A stretch of 64,000 nucleotides of DNA from Candidatus Woesebacteria bacterium GW2011_GWA1_39_21 (GCA_000993685.1 LBWP01000004.1:4055-68054), one strand, 5' to 3'; counted from the first letter of the stretch, positions 18,998 through 29,500 are shown. Numbers and translations: made by a program. Notes: generated by a model from the letters alone, not told the origin.

Positions 18998-20953
18998 TCA
19001 ATTATTCTTCAAAACCAGATAAATTCTCAACAAACCAGCGCCAATTTTTTCCTGCTTCTCTATCTTAACACGGCCGATCTTACCCGTGTTGGCAACATGG
19101 GGACCTCCACAAAATTCCCTACTGAAAGCCTCATTCAGATTCTCACCAAGATAATAAACTTTGACGGTATCTGCGTATTTTTCATTGAAAGCGTGAATCG
19201 CTCCCGTCTTTAGAGCCTCCTCTTTGGGAAGAACTTCAAAGTTTACAGGTAGTTTTTCTGAAATAACTTTGTTTACCATGTCTTCAACTTCTTTCAGCTG
19301 CTCATCGGTTAGTTTCTCCGGATTGGGAAAGTCAAACCTCGACCTATCTTTTGTAATATTTTGTCCTTTTTGCACAACGTGCTCTCCCAAAATTTTTCGA
19401 AGCGATGCTAAAAGAAGATGTGTTGCAGTATGAAGTCTAACCACCTCGGGTGAATGGTCAGCGAGCCCTCCCTTAAATACACCAGCGGATAGTTTTCTGG
19501 ACAGATCTTGATGACGTTTAAAAGCTTCATCAAATTTATTTTTATCCAGAATTTTACCCTTCTCTGAAAAAATTTCTTGAGTTACTTCATATGGGAATCC
19601 ATAAGATTGATAAAGATCGAAGGCGTTTAATTCATTAAGTTGATCACCCTTGTAATCCTTAATAATTTTCAGCCCCTTTTGTAAAGTAACTCCAAATTTA
19701 TCCCTTTCTTCCTTTATCACCTTCAGAATCAGATCTCTTTTCGAACTCAAATCTAAGTAGGAATCCTTATAAGTTTCAATAACTGCATCGGCGATTTCAA
19801 TGTAACTTAAATCCCCTATTGTGGAAGTTACATCTCCTTTCAACTTTTGCATCTTAACCATTGATCTTCTCAATAACCTTCGTAGTAAGTAACCTTGCAT
19901 TTTATTCGACGGAAATACTCCTTCCGATATTAAAAATACAGAAGCCTTCATATGATCTGCAATAATTCTCATTAGCTCCATAAAACCATATTTTTCTTTA
20001 CCAGCATATTCTTCACCCGTGGTTTTTTCCACTGCTTCGATTACCTTGTTATACAAATCTGTTCTAAAAACATCAGGGGTCTTTTCTGTTGCTGCCGTTG
20101 TCCTTTCAAGACCTCCTCCAAAGTCAACATTTTTGTTTGGCAACTCTTCAAACGTGTCTTCACCTACTTTTTGAAACTGCATAAAAACAGAATTGCCAAT
20201 TTCCAAAAATCTCCCGCAATCGCAGTTTGGATGACACGGTTCATCTTTCCATTCAGATTTTTCATGAAATTTATATTTTTCACCAAAATCATAAAATACT
20301 TCAGAATCCGGTCCCCCAATCTCACCTACTGGCATTTGAGAAGGAGTCCCAGTTCGACTCCACCAATTTTTTTCAGCACCATAATAAAATATTCTTCCAT
20401 TTTTAATATCAGGTTTTTTGTTTCCAATGTTGGCCGTTTTTGCGTCGATACCTTTATCTCTAAAGAGACCTGACCAAATACTCATCGACTCAACATCAGG
20501 TCCAAGCGACTGGGTTACTTTTCCACTAACTCTAACGTGTTCGTCACCAGCAAAAACAGAAATATAAAGATTATTTGGATCAAGTCCTAAACCTTCTTTG
20601 TCGTCCGTTAAAAATTCAAAAAACCAGGAAATCTGTTCTTTTTTAAAATAATCTCCCAAACTCCAATTGCCAAGCATTTCAAAAAACGTCGTATGGCGGT
20701 TGTCTCCGACTTCTTCGATGTCACCGAGTCTTATTGAAGGTTGTGAATCAACTAATCTTTTTACAACTTTGCCCCCCTCATCTTTATATGACTCACCCAT
20801 CAAGTAAGGAACCAACGGCTGCATTCCTGAAGATGTAAACAGGGTTGTTGGGTCGTCTTCCAAAACTAAAGGCGCTGGAGAAATTTCGGTATGCTTTCTC
20901 AGAGAAGCTTTAAAAAAATTTATATACTTTTGTCGAACCTCGCTTGCCTTCAT
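18998..20953 (-). CDS. alaS: Alanine--tRNA ligase, short form (catalytic, tRNA-binding and editing domains; no C-Ala domain).
   Basis: N-terminal TTLFTSSGMQ (the class II AlaRS motif region), editing-domain HxxxH (HTATHLL) and CGGPHV zinc motif. 651 aa, against about 870 aa for the canonical enzyme. Confidence 0.85.
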   Translation of the reverse strand: MKASEVRQKYINFFKASLRKHTEISPAPLVLEDDPTTLFTSSGMQPLVPYLMGESYKDEGGKVVKRLVDSQPSIRLGDIEEVGDNRHTTFFEMLGNWSLGDYFKKEQISWFFEFLTDDKEGLGLDPNNLYISVFAGDEHVRVSGKVTQSLGPDVESMSIWSGLFRDKGIDAKTANIGNKKPDIKNGRIFYYGAEKNWWSRTGTPSQMPVGEIGGPDSEVFYDFGEKYKFHEKSEWKDEPCHPNCDCGRFLEIGNSVFMQFQKVGEDTFEELPNKNVDFGGGLERTTAATEKTPDVFRTDLYNKVIEAVEKTTGEEYAGKEKYGFMELMRIIADHMKASVFLISEGVFPSNKMQGYLLRRLLRRSMVKMQKLKGDVTSTIGDLSYIEIADAVIETYKDSYLDLSSKRDLILKVIKEERDKFGVTLQKGLKIIKDYKGDQLNELNAFDLYQSYGFPYEVTQEIFSEKGKILDKNKFDEAFKRHQDLSRKLSAGVFKGGLADHSPEVVRLHTATHLLLASLRKILGEHVVQKGQNITKDRSRFDFPNPEKLTDEQLKEVEDMVNKVISEKLPVNFEVLPKEEALKTGAIHAFNEKYADTVKVYYLGENLNEAFSREFCGGPHVANTGKIGRVKIEKQEKIGAGLLRIYLVLKNN

Positions 20954-21070
20954 GAACTTAAATTATAGCCTCATTTTCCCTTTGAATCTACACTAATACG
21001 CCACGTGTTTAAAAGCGGTATAAAATAATAACTTAGACAAACAACGAAGTACAAACTAGCACAATGAGTC

Positions 21071-21286
21071 TTACTTCTTCCCCTTTTTAAAAAGCTCTAA
21101 AATTCCTGATAATTTTTCGGTTCGAATAAGGCCGCCGCCCAAGATTGAGTCGTCCAGAATCGTATTCACTTTCTTAACTCCTTTTCGCAAGTCAAGAAAT
21201 AAAAGAAGAACCTGTATGCCAACGGCGATAAGAAGTAAAGTCAAAACAATTACAACGATGATTAATAACGTTTGAATTCCTTGCAT
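21071..21286 (-). CDS. Small hypothetical membrane protein (one TM).
   Basis: MQGIQTLLIIVVIVLTLLLIAVGIQVLLLF…; start chosen at the internal Met. Weak support. Confidence 0.35.
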   Translation of the reverse strand: MQGIQTLLIIVVIVLTLLLIAVGIQVLLLFLDLRKGVKKVNTILDDSILGGGLIRTEKLSGILELFKKGKK

Positions 21287-21360
21287 ATTAATAATTTCCC
21301 GTTTAATTAAGCAACCTGATAAATTCAAGAAACGGTATCTAAAAAGCTTTTAAACAAACT

Positions 21361-21993
21361 TCACTCATCTTTAAGAAAAATATTTCTCACAACTTCAGTT
21401 TCTTTCCCGTACCTCGACCTCGCAACAAATATAATTTGCTTTGTATCTTGCCCCACTTCTATCTTATCAAAAAATTCCCCTGCTTCCGAAACCAAAATCT
21501 TTTGGTTATTAACACTTAAAGTAGCATCAGAATCTGTTTCACCAGAAATAAATATTTCTCCAACCTTCACAGGTTGGTTGTCTGTCGGTTGTTTAACAAT
21601 TAGCTTCGGTGGAGAAATATATTGCAAATACTGATAAAGTAGATATCCCAAAAACGCCAGCACGACCAATATAGTTGAAACTATAGCAACTATCCGTGGG
21701 CTGAGGGTAGACTTCAACTTCAAATCCGGTTTTGGGTTAATGAGGATTTTTTTTCTATCGAATGGATAGTCACGTCGAAGATGTGCAATAGCTATGTTTT
21801 CAGGTATTTCAAGTGTTTGTGCGATTGTTTTTATAAATCCAGAAACTACTGGATACTCCGGTAAGTTTCCCCACTGTCCGGTTTCAATCGAAACGATAAA
21901 TTGTTTTTTTATTTTTGTCTCTTTCTCCATTTGAGAAAGAGTGAACTTCCGCTTCAGTCTTTCTCCCTTTAAAAACTCTCCAATTTTTCTCAT
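21361..21993 (-). CDS. RodZ-like cytoskeleton-associated protein (N-terminal HTH, single TM, C-terminal periplasmic domain).
   Basis: XRE-type HTH (FTLSQMEKETKIKKQFIVSIE), then SGFIKTIAQTL (compare RodZ RGYIRSYARLV), a TM helix and a DUF4115-like C-terminus. It lies downstream of ftsK. Confidence 0.5.
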   Translation of the reverse strand: MRKIGEFLKGERLKRKFTLSQMEKETKIKKQFIVSIETGQWGNLPEYPVVSGFIKTIAQTLEIPENIAIAHLRRDYPFDRKKILINPKPDLKLKSTLSPRIVAIVSTILVVLAFLGYLLYQYLQYISPPKLIVKQPTDNQPVKVGEIFISGETDSDATLSVNNQKILVSEAGEFFDKIEVGQDTKQIIFVARSRYGKETEVVRNIFLKDE

Positions 21994-22115
21994 GAGTTGT
22001 TATTGTAAATACTTTTTACCTATCTTTAGCCAAGTTTAGTAGCCAAATATTTTGTTAAAACCCACAACTACTTGACCAAGTAATAACAGTTATTAAAAAT
22101 TTTCTACGAAGCTCG

Positions 22116-24263
22116 TCAAACCGGCGATCCTTCTTCTTTTTTCGTAAAGATCTCCTCCGGGCTTCTAATCAAAACTTCTCTACCCTTTGAAGTATTATCC
22201 GTTGCTGGCGCGATTACACCTGCACTTTCAAGTTGGTCCATAATTCTCGCCGCCCTGGCGTAACCAACAGATAGCCTTCTTTGTAACATCGACGCCGAGG
22301 CTTTATCAAATTGGCACACCAACTCAACAGCTTTCTCGAAATGTTCATCAACGTCACCTTCGAGACCGGCAATTGCCATTACATTGTCCTTCGCGGTTGA
22401 GGTAACCTCTTCTGTGTACTGGGGAACAACTCCTTGATTTTTAACAAATGAGACCAATGAGTTAATGTCCCTATCTGAAACAAATGCTCCTTGAATTCTC
22501 ATTGGTTTCGCCTGTTCTGGAGGCAAATATAACATGTCTCCCCTTCCTAACAGTTTTTCTGCACCTTGGGTGTCCAAAATTACCCTCGAATCAACTTGAG
22601 AAGAAACGGCAAAAGAAATTCGACATGGAATATTCGCTTTGATTAGTCCGGTGATAATATTCACACTCGGCCGCTGGGTTGCTAAAACCATGTGAATTCC
22701 GGTTGCGCGGCTCATCTGGGCAATTCTGGTAATCGTATCTTCAACTTCAACCGGCGAAAGAAGCATAATATCTGCCAACTCATCGATCAAAAGGACAATG
22801 TATGGCATCGCCTGAAATCCTGACATTTCGTTGTATGCGTCAATGTTTCTCGCCCCCGCTTCAGCGAAAAGCTTATAACGGCGGTCCATTTCATTCATTA
22901 GCCATTTAAGTGCTGCCACCACTTTGTTTGGTTCGATAATTACAGGAGAGAGCAAGTGGGGAATGTCGTTATAGTTTGTCATCTCGACTCGCTTGGGATC
23001 TACTAAAATCAACTTGAGCTCTGAAGGCGAAGCCCTAAAAAGGAGTGTCGATAAGAATGCATTGATACAAATAGACTTTCCAGAACCCGTCTGTCCTGCA
23101 ATCAACACATGCGGCATCCTCGAAAGGTCAGCAACAATCGGCTTTCCGGATACGTCCAGACCCAAAGAAACAGCCAGTTTACTTTTGTGACTCTTCATTA
23201 CGTCGGATTCCAGCATCTTCCGTAGAGGTACAAATTCGGGAGTAATATTAGGAAGTTCAATCCCCACAAGCGACCTTCCAGGAATTGGGGCCTCAATTCT
23301 AATCGTCCCAGTTGGGGCCGCCAAGGCAAGTGCTAAATCTCTTTCCAAAGCAGTAATTTTTGAAAGTTTCGTTCCAAGTGCCACTTCCAAAGCATATTGT
23401 GTAACCGCAGGGCCAAGATTGACCTCAACGACGCGTGCAGCGATACCGAAAGATTCCAAAGTTTGTTCAATAGTTGCGGCGTTATTTTTAATATCGCCGC
23501 GATTTGCTTTGCCCCCACCACCGTCGGTAAAAACCGATACCGGTGGATATCTCCAAACCCTCTCTTCACCAGGGCTGTTTGTAATTGTTTTTTGCATTGC
23601 CGGCTGCGGATCAAAAATGTCGGTCTTTCCAGAAACGTTTTTTGGCTGATTGATAGAAAGATCAACATCAGAGCCAAAGGCAGGTTTGTCACCAGAAACT
23701 TTTAAGTCTAGTTTTTGACCGCCTTTAAACACTCCCCCCAACAGCGGTTTTTTTCCCGACATTTTACCTCTTACACCATATTTCCTAAAAGCCTCCCTTA
23801 AAAACATATAAACCTGGTCGATCGAGGTGTTAAAAAGAATTACCAGCCCAACAAAACTTGTTCCAAAAAGGACGATAAAAGCGCCTGCGTCAGTAATCAA
23901 AGAAGATATTCCTCTCCAACCATTCATCCCAACCTTTCCCGCTTTCGTTAAAAAAACAACCGAGATGAAGAAAAGCAAAAATCCTACAACAACATTGGGT
24001 TGACTTAAGGGGATCCGCAGTCGGGAAACCAAAAGCCCGAAAGAAATTAGCAAAAACGGGAGAAAAATCGCACCCCAAGAAAAAAGACCTGTTAGAAGCT
24101 CGTTTATTTTATAAAGAATTACCCCGTTCCTCGTAAACGAGACTAAAATTAGTCCAGCCAGGACATAAAATGTAATTTGTGCAATCGAATATAACGTCGC
24201 CGGTTTAAGCTTTAACTTAAACGCTTTTTTTGATTTTGTCTTGTGATGTCTCCTTTTACTCAT
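22116..24263 (-). CDS. ftsK: DNA translocase FtsK/SpoIIIE.
   Basis: N-terminal TM helices, the motor domain with Walker A GQTGSGKS and Walker B LIDELAD, and a C-terminal winged-helix gamma domain (…SMLQRRLSVGYARAARIMDQLE…). Confidence 0.92.
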   Translation of the reverse strand: MSKRRHHKTKSKKAFKLKLKPATLYSIAQITFYVLAGLILVSFTRNGVILYKINELLTGLFSWGAIFLPFLLISFGLLVSRLRIPLSQPNVVVGFLLFFISVVFLTKAGKVGMNGWRGISSLITDAGAFIVLFGTSFVGLVILFNTSIDQVYMFLREAFRKYGVRGKMSGKKPLLGGVFKGGQKLDLKVSGDKPAFGSDVDLSINQPKNVSGKTDIFDPQPAMQKTITNSPGEERVWRYPPVSVFTDGGGGKANRGDIKNNAATIEQTLESFGIAARVVEVNLGPAVTQYALEVALGTKLSKITALERDLALALAAPTGTIRIEAPIPGRSLVGIELPNITPEFVPLRKMLESDVMKSHKSKLAVSLGLDVSGKPIVADLSRMPHVLIAGQTGSGKSICINAFLSTLLFRASPSELKLILVDPKRVEMTNYNDIPHLLSPVIIEPNKVVAALKWLMNEMDRRYKLFAEAGARNIDAYNEMSGFQAMPYIVLLIDELADIMLLSPVEVEDTITRIAQMSRATGIHMVLATQRPSVNIITGLIKANIPCRISFAVSSQVDSRVILDTQGAEKLLGRGDMLYLPPEQAKPMRIQGAFVSDRDINSLVSFVKNQGVVPQYTEEVTSTAKDNVMAIAGLEGDVDEHFEKAVELVCQFDKASASMLQRRLSVGYARAARIMDQLESAGVIAPATDNTSKGREVLIRSPEEIFTKKEEGSPV

Positions 24264-24321
24264 ACTTTCATTATACCTAAAACGACCAGCTTTAAAAATA
24301 GAAAAACCAATCTATGAATAA

Positions 24322-24744
24322 TTATGGGGTAGAAAGCTTCTGCTTTAAGCTTTGGTATAAAGATTCGTGTTGAGCCTGAACTTCATTGACACTTTTAACA
24401 AAAGAGTTGTAATTTTCTTCAATTTTCTTTCCTGACTCTACTTCTTCTTTATCCAGTTGTTCATCGCCACTTTTCTGAATTTCTTCGGCGTCTTTAAGAA
24501 ACTCCTCCTGCAAAACCAGAAGTTTTTGATAATATTCATTCTTCATTTTCTGATATGTTTCAGGGTCCGTTTGTTTCACTACAAATTCCAAATTGTCTTC
24601 AAACTTTTTTATTTCTTCGTAGACTGAAACCAATTTTGTCACACTCTCGTCGCTTGATTTTTCAACAAACTCTAACGCCTGCTTATCGCTTAATGGTACT
24701 TTCATTATTTTGATCAGTTGTATTAAACGTTTTTTATTGTCCAT
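24322..24744 (-). CDS. Hypothetical coiled-coil protein (140 aa, Glu/Lys-rich).
   Basis: Continuous heptad-like charged sequence with no TM. It sits in a probable operon between the 719-aa coiled-coil protein and ftsK. Confidence 0.55.
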   Translation of the reverse strand: MDNKKRLIQLIKIMKVPLSDKQALEFVEKSSDESVTKLVSVYEEIKKFEDNLEFVVKQTDPETYQKMKNEYYQKLLVLQEEFLKDAEEIQKSGDEQLDKEEVESGKKIEENYNSFVKSVNEVQAQHESLYQSLKQKLSTP

Positions 24745-24763
24745 TATTTAAAATTCTTGTATA

Positions 24764-26923
24764 TCAACTATTTAATATCGTCCGAATTCCCTGAATATTA
24801 CTTTTTAACACCGCGAGTTGACCTTGAATCGCACTATAATCTTCAATATTGCCTTTACTATTCATAGATTCAAAAAGTACATTAATGATAGATTTATAAG
24901 TACCAAAAGCGTGATCTTTTTCTGGTGTTATTTTATTTTGTTCTCGTAAATTTTCGATTTCGCCGCTTACTGAATCGTACTCCTGCCTAAGTGTTTCTGC
25001 TTGACGTAAAAGTTCCTCTTCCACCTTTTCTCTTTTGATCTGATCAGTAGTTACAGTCTCCTCCTTATTACCTTGCTCTGAAACCTGTCTTGCTTTTGAG
25101 GGTAGGTTGACAATAGTAGCTTCGGAAACAGAGCCATTCTCTTTCGGATTTTTATCTTCTCTGACTCCCACTACTTCCGGATTTTGTACTTCATCTTTTA
25201 ATACTGCCTCTGGATTTTTTACTGCTGGTTCTTGCACTTTTCCAATCAGATTTAGACGTTTCTCTAAATCCTCTTGAAACACTCTAAATAAAGGATTGTC
25301 TTTGTTTGTCTCTCTGATTTCCTCAATTTTTGCTTTCAAATTTTCAGCCGACACCACCTCGATATCTGCCACTCGTGCTTCAACTTCCGCTTTCATATCT
25401 CTTCCCGTTATTTCAGCGGCCACACCAGTTACCCCAACTATCGCTTTCGCTCCTAATTCTTTCCTCTTTGTATACAAAATCACCTTACTTTCCTGCCAAT
25501 GGATATTGGTCTCATGAATCGCTTCAAACAGGACTGATTCTGCACTAAAAATTGCGCTTTTAGTTTCTGCGTTTATCCGAAGTGTTTTATCTCTTACACT
25601 GCTGGCAAAGTCGGAGATATTTTCTTTTGCCGATCTGGTATGATCCCTAGCCTCCGAAAAAAAAGCCTCATCAATATCTTTTAACACTTCCACAGAATAA
25701 TCCTTTCCTGACTTTAGACCGTAATCAATTTTATCAACAGAGTCGGTAACACCCTTTTTTAATTTTTCTCCCAACAAAGACCCGTGAGAGTTCAACCATT
25801 CTTTTCCAACATTAAATAGATTACCGAGTGCCCTACCCCTATCCTCACCTTTGACAAAGCTATCTAATACTTCATCCCAAGTTTTTCCCCACCCTGATTT
25901 TGCCTCGTCCAATCTTTGTTCGGCCAGAGAAACATTAGCTTGAGTAATCAAAGCTTTTCTCTCTAATTGAAGTTCGTTGATCTGCGAAACCATCTGACAA
26001 ACATCCCACGGTTCAGAATTTAAGTTCTTTTCCAATTTCTGTCTTAAATTGGAAATTCTTTGATCAACCTCCGCGATGGGTTTAAAGGTATCATTTTTCC
26101 TTTTCTCACCCATTCTACCCATCAAATCTTTTTTATCTTGATCATCAGAAAATCCATCTTTGTATCTATCAGCACTTGCATTGATCAAACCTGCTTGTTC
26201 GTCTTCACTAAGCTGGTTAAATTTCCTGAGATTAACTGACTCTGTAACATTTTCTTTAAATTGAATATCTTCTCTTAATTGCTCACCTAAATCTTCTCTA
26301 CCAATTGACGCGGAGCCTCTCTCAACAACATGAAGCAGTTTTTTAGATAGTCCCTCAACCTTATACGAAGCATTTCTGATTTCGGCTCGCGAAAGTTCCT
26401 CTCGATTCGTCTTTTTACCTAAATCCTCTTTCGCACCATGAAGCTCAACCAAAGATCCCACGTAACTATCGATAAATTTATCGGCGAGTTTTTCGGCAAG
26501 TCCTGAATAATCCTGAGTAATTTTTTCTCTTAACAAATGTTGTCTTTCTTCAGAAGAATTTCCGGATGAAATTTCTTTCGGTTCAATTTCATATCTTTTC
26601 ATCCCCAATCGCTTATATAAAACATCCATTGATACAACAGCTTTGTTTGCCTCTGAAGGATTGTTTATATTTTCAACAGAATTTCCTGCATTTATATATA
26701 AAATCGAGATGTCACCAACATTGGGGTCTTTCAGAGAACCCAGGTATGCATCGTACAATTTCTTCCCCACTGCATCTTCTCCGCTTTTTATTTTGTCTAC
26801 CGCTTCTTTTTTTAAATTATTAAAACGCTCCTCCTCTTGTCTTCTTTCAGCTCCATTTTCCCTTTTCTGTCCTGATACATTTAAACCCGGCTGTACTTGT
26901 GAAGTTTCTGATAAAGGTTCCAT
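24764..26923 (-). CDS. Large hypothetical coiled-coil protein (719 aa, highly charged Glu/Lys/Asp-rich, no TM).
   Basis: Long ORF with a strongly repetitive charged composition (…EELLRQAETLRQEYDSVSGEIENLREQNK…). No recognisable catalytic motif. Confidence 0.65.
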   Translation of the reverse strand: MEPLSETSQVQPGLNVSGQKRENGAERRQEEERFNNLKKEAVDKIKSGEDAVGKKLYDAYLGSLKDPNVGDISILYINAGNSVENINNPSEANKAVVSMDVLYKRLGMKRYEIEPKEISSGNSSEERQHLLREKITQDYSGLAEKLADKFIDSYVGSLVELHGAKEDLGKKTNREELSRAEIRNASYKVEGLSKKLLHVVERGSASIGREDLGEQLREDIQFKENVTESVNLRKFNQLSEDEQAGLINASADRYKDGFSDDQDKKDLMGRMGEKRKNDTFKPIAEVDQRISNLRQKLEKNLNSEPWDVCQMVSQINELQLERKALITQANVSLAEQRLDEAKSGWGKTWDEVLDSFVKGEDRGRALGNLFNVGKEWLNSHGSLLGEKLKKGVTDSVDKIDYGLKSGKDYSVEVLKDIDEAFFSEARDHTRSAKENISDFASSVRDKTLRINAETKSAIFSAESVLFEAIHETNIHWQESKVILYTKRKELGAKAIVGVTGVAAEITGRDMKAEVEARVADIEVVSAENLKAKIEEIRETNKDNPLFRVFQEDLEKRLNLIGKVQEPAVKNPEAVLKDEVQNPEVVGVREDKNPKENGSVSEATIVNLPSKARQVSEQGNKEETVTTDQIKREKVEEELLRQAETLRQEYDSVSGEIENLREQNKITPEKDHAFGTYKSIINVLFESMNSKGNIEDYSAIQGQLAVLKSNIQGIRTILNS

Positions 26924-27026
26924 GGTTTATATTTATCTACTATCATATTAATATAAAATGCATCTGAAGGCGAGAACACTGCTCAGTAACTCACAACCGC
27001 TTCATTTCCAAACAACTAAATAATTT

Positions 27027-28673
27027 TTAAACCTCGACGATTAGGGGAAGAATCATCGGGCGACGCCCCGTTTTTTGAAAGAAGAATTTCTCCAAATAAT
27101 CTTTGGCAACTTTTTGCGCTACTTTTTTATCAACTTTGCCGTTTTTTTCAATCTGACGACTTAATCTTCTTTTCGCATTCTCTAAAAGCGGCTGTTCTAT
27201 CTTCTCAAAAACAAAGCCCCTACTGATAATTTCGGGTTCTCCTTTTAATTTATGATCGCTGCCAATTTTAATTAAAACTGCAGCAAAACCCTCGCTGCCC
27301 AAAATTGTACGGTCGCCAAGTACTACTTTACCAATATCGCCAATTCCCAGTCCATGAACCAGCACTTCTTTTGTGCCAATTCTATCTCCCTGCCTTGCTG
27401 AGCCATTCTGAAAATTTACATTGTCTCCCGGTTTTAAGATAAAAACCTTACTATCATCCCCACTGGTTCTGGCAACTAATTTCTTATAAGCATGCATAAA
27501 ACGAATCGACCCGCCAATCGGAATAAAATACTTCGGTTTCACTAAGTTAAACATGGCAACAATATCTTCCTGACTACCATGTCCTGACACATACAAATCT
27601 TCGTTCAAATCGTAATAATGTACGTCTACTCCTTTATCAATCAGTTTATCAATCACATAATCCTCGCTTTCTTTTGAATAAGGAGGAGCCGGATCTGCCG
27701 AAAAAATCAACATGTCACCCTGGGCAACTTCTAACTTCTCATGTTTACCTTCTGCAATTCTGTAAAGCGAACTTCCTACTTGCCCATAACAACCTGAAAC
27801 AATGTAGGTAATTTTATTTCTTTGGTAGTCATAAGATTCGTCAATACTTATTACAAGATTCTTATCATACTGAATATATCCCAGTAAATGCGCTGACTCG
27901 ACCTTCTTCTGAATCGACCTGCCGACAAAAACTACTTTTCTCCCCAGGCGCGAGGAAACATTTACCATTTGCTGAAATCTCCCAATGTTTGACGAAATCG
28001 CGGTCATTAGAAGCGCTTCTTTAGCCTCCTTAGCAACGTTATAGATGTTGTCTTCAAGATAAAGCTCTCCTTTAGTATACCCAGGTTTATTTGCCCCCAA
28101 ACAGTCCGACGCCAAACACAATACCTCGCGATCTGCAAGCTGTTTAATCTTAGCCGCATCAATTCCCCTTCCGCCAACCGGATTTTCATCCATTTTATGC
28201 TCAGGAACATGGAAAAATCTCCCTTCAGGTGTGTCGATTGCAAAACCGCACGAATCGGGGACAGAATGTGTAATCCTAAAAGGATGAAAAACAAAAGCTC
28301 CAACTTCAAACTGACTACTGTCGGGATCAAAAGTATTAATCTTTACACCTTCTACACCATATTCATTGAATTTATCTTTCAGAAATTCAGCCACAAGCGG
28401 TGCCGCCCAAACAGGAACGGAAACACTTCTTAGCAAAAAGGGCAAAGCTCCAATATGATCCTCATGCCCCTGGGAAACAACAACCCCTACAAGTTTCTCC
28501 TTATTTTTAACGATGTAAGAAAAGTCGGGTATCACCAGATCAACACCCGGCATTTCAAGATCAGGAAAACCAACCCCGCAGTCGACAACAACCATCTTTC
28601 CCTCCGATTCATAAACATAGAGGTTTTCCGTGACGCTCACTGTTCCAGACAAAGCAATAAACTTTAATGACAT
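27027..28673 (-). CDS. rnj: Ribonuclease J (metallo-beta-lactamase / beta-CASP family).
   Basis: HxHxDH motif VVSQGHEDHIGALP, a beta-CASP region and an RNase J C-terminal domain; 548 aa. Confidence 0.85.
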   Translation of the reverse strand: MSLKFIALSGTVSVTENLYVYESEGKMVVVDCGVGFPDLEMPGVDLVIPDFSYIVKNKEKLVGVVVSQGHEDHIGALPFLLRSVSVPVWAAPLVAEFLKDKFNEYGVEGVKINTFDPDSSQFEVGAFVFHPFRITHSVPDSCGFAIDTPEGRFFHVPEHKMDENPVGGRGIDAAKIKQLADREVLCLASDCLGANKPGYTKGELYLEDNIYNVAKEAKEALLMTAISSNIGRFQQMVNVSSRLGRKVVFVGRSIQKKVESAHLLGYIQYDKNLVISIDESYDYQRNKITYIVSGCYGQVGSSLYRIAEGKHEKLEVAQGDMLIFSADPAPPYSKESEDYVIDKLIDKGVDVHYYDLNEDLYVSGHGSQEDIVAMFNLVKPKYFIPIGGSIRFMHAYKKLVARTSGDDSKVFILKPGDNVNFQNGSARQGDRIGTKEVLVHGLGIGDIGKVVLGDRTILGSEGFAAVLIKIGSDHKLKGEPEIISRGFVFEKIEQPLLENAKRRLSRQIEKNGKVDKKVAQKVAKDYLEKFFFQKTGRRPMILPLIVEV

Positions 28674-28701
28674 ATTTTTACTAAAACAATAGAAAAAACT
28701 T

Positions 28702-29343
28702 TCAAATTAGATGCATTTGTTCAATCTCATCCTTAACTTTAGTTTTGTCGGTTTCAACTTCGATATTACTACTATCGGCCTTTTCTAATATAGCAGGTAA
28801 TTTTTCAAAATCCATCGTAAACTTCAATTTAACTTCGCCACTGCGCAGTGCCGCTGCAGGATGATACATTGGCACGACAATCTTACTTTTACCTTTCCAG
28901 TCAACCACTCTTTCCTTTCCGTGCACACTGGAAATAAAAACACCCGGAATGAACTTCGCCATCGAAAATCTCCCTAAAGTTACAATTACTTTCGGATCGA
29001 TAATATCAATCATTTCGTCTAAATATCTTTGGAAAGCTTTTATTTCAAAATCGGTTGGGTCTCTATTTTCCGGAGGACGGAAATGAACAACATTGGTGAT
29101 AAAAATGTCTTTTCTCTGAAGACCAATCCTAGTGAGAAGTTGGTTGAGAAACGCTCCAGCATTCCCAACAAAAGGAATCCCCTTGACATCTTCCCAGTAT
29201 CCAGGGCCTTCACCGATAAAAAGTAGCTCCGAATCTGGATTTCCATCACCAAAGACAAGCTGCGTTGCCCCCTCACGTAAAGGAAGGGTATCATCCTTTT
29301 CCATTTTTGCTTTCAGTTCATCTAGAAGTTTTTGTTTATCCAT
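28702..29343 (-). CDS. Uracil-DNA glycosylase, family 4 type.
   Basis: GEGPGYWEDVKGIPFVGNAGAFLNQLL matches the family-4 UDG motif GE(A/G)PG…E…G.PFVG.AG. Start chosen at MDKQKLL, because the track start at 29382 would run into repeat copy B. Confidence 0.8.
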   Translation of the reverse strand: MDKQKLLDELKAKMEKDDTLPLREGATQLVFGDGNPDSELLFIGEGPGYWEDVKGIPFVGNAGAFLNQLLTRIGLQRKDIFITNVVHFRPPENRDPTDFEIKAFQRYLDEMIDIIDPKVIVTLGRFSMAKFIPGVFISSVHGKERVVDWKGKSKIVVPMYHPAAALRSGEVKLKFTMDFEKLPAILEKADSSNIEVETDKTKVKDEIEQMHLI

Positions 29344-29380
29344 AAGGACTCGAATTTGTAACTTAATACTCCAACTACTC

Positions 29381-29498
29381 AATAAACTACCGAGGGCTAA
29401 AAGCCCTTGGTATTCTCGCCCCTCAGGCTCAACAAGTTTATTCGCTGCTTCGCTTCATCCGTGGACTGAGACCACGGTTTTCGCGAAGTTTGAATAGA
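29381..29498 (+). repeat. Intergenic modular repeat, copy B (about 118 bp; short form lacking the central module).
   Basis: AATAAACTACCGAGGGCTAAAAGCCCTTGGTATTCTCGCCCCTCAGGCTCAACAAGT…GCTGCTTCGCTTCATCCGTGGACTGAGACCACGGTTTTCGCGAAGTTTGAATAGA. It starts immediately after the stop codon of the Lon-like ORF (29501). Confidence 0.8.
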
Positions 29499-29500
29499 CA

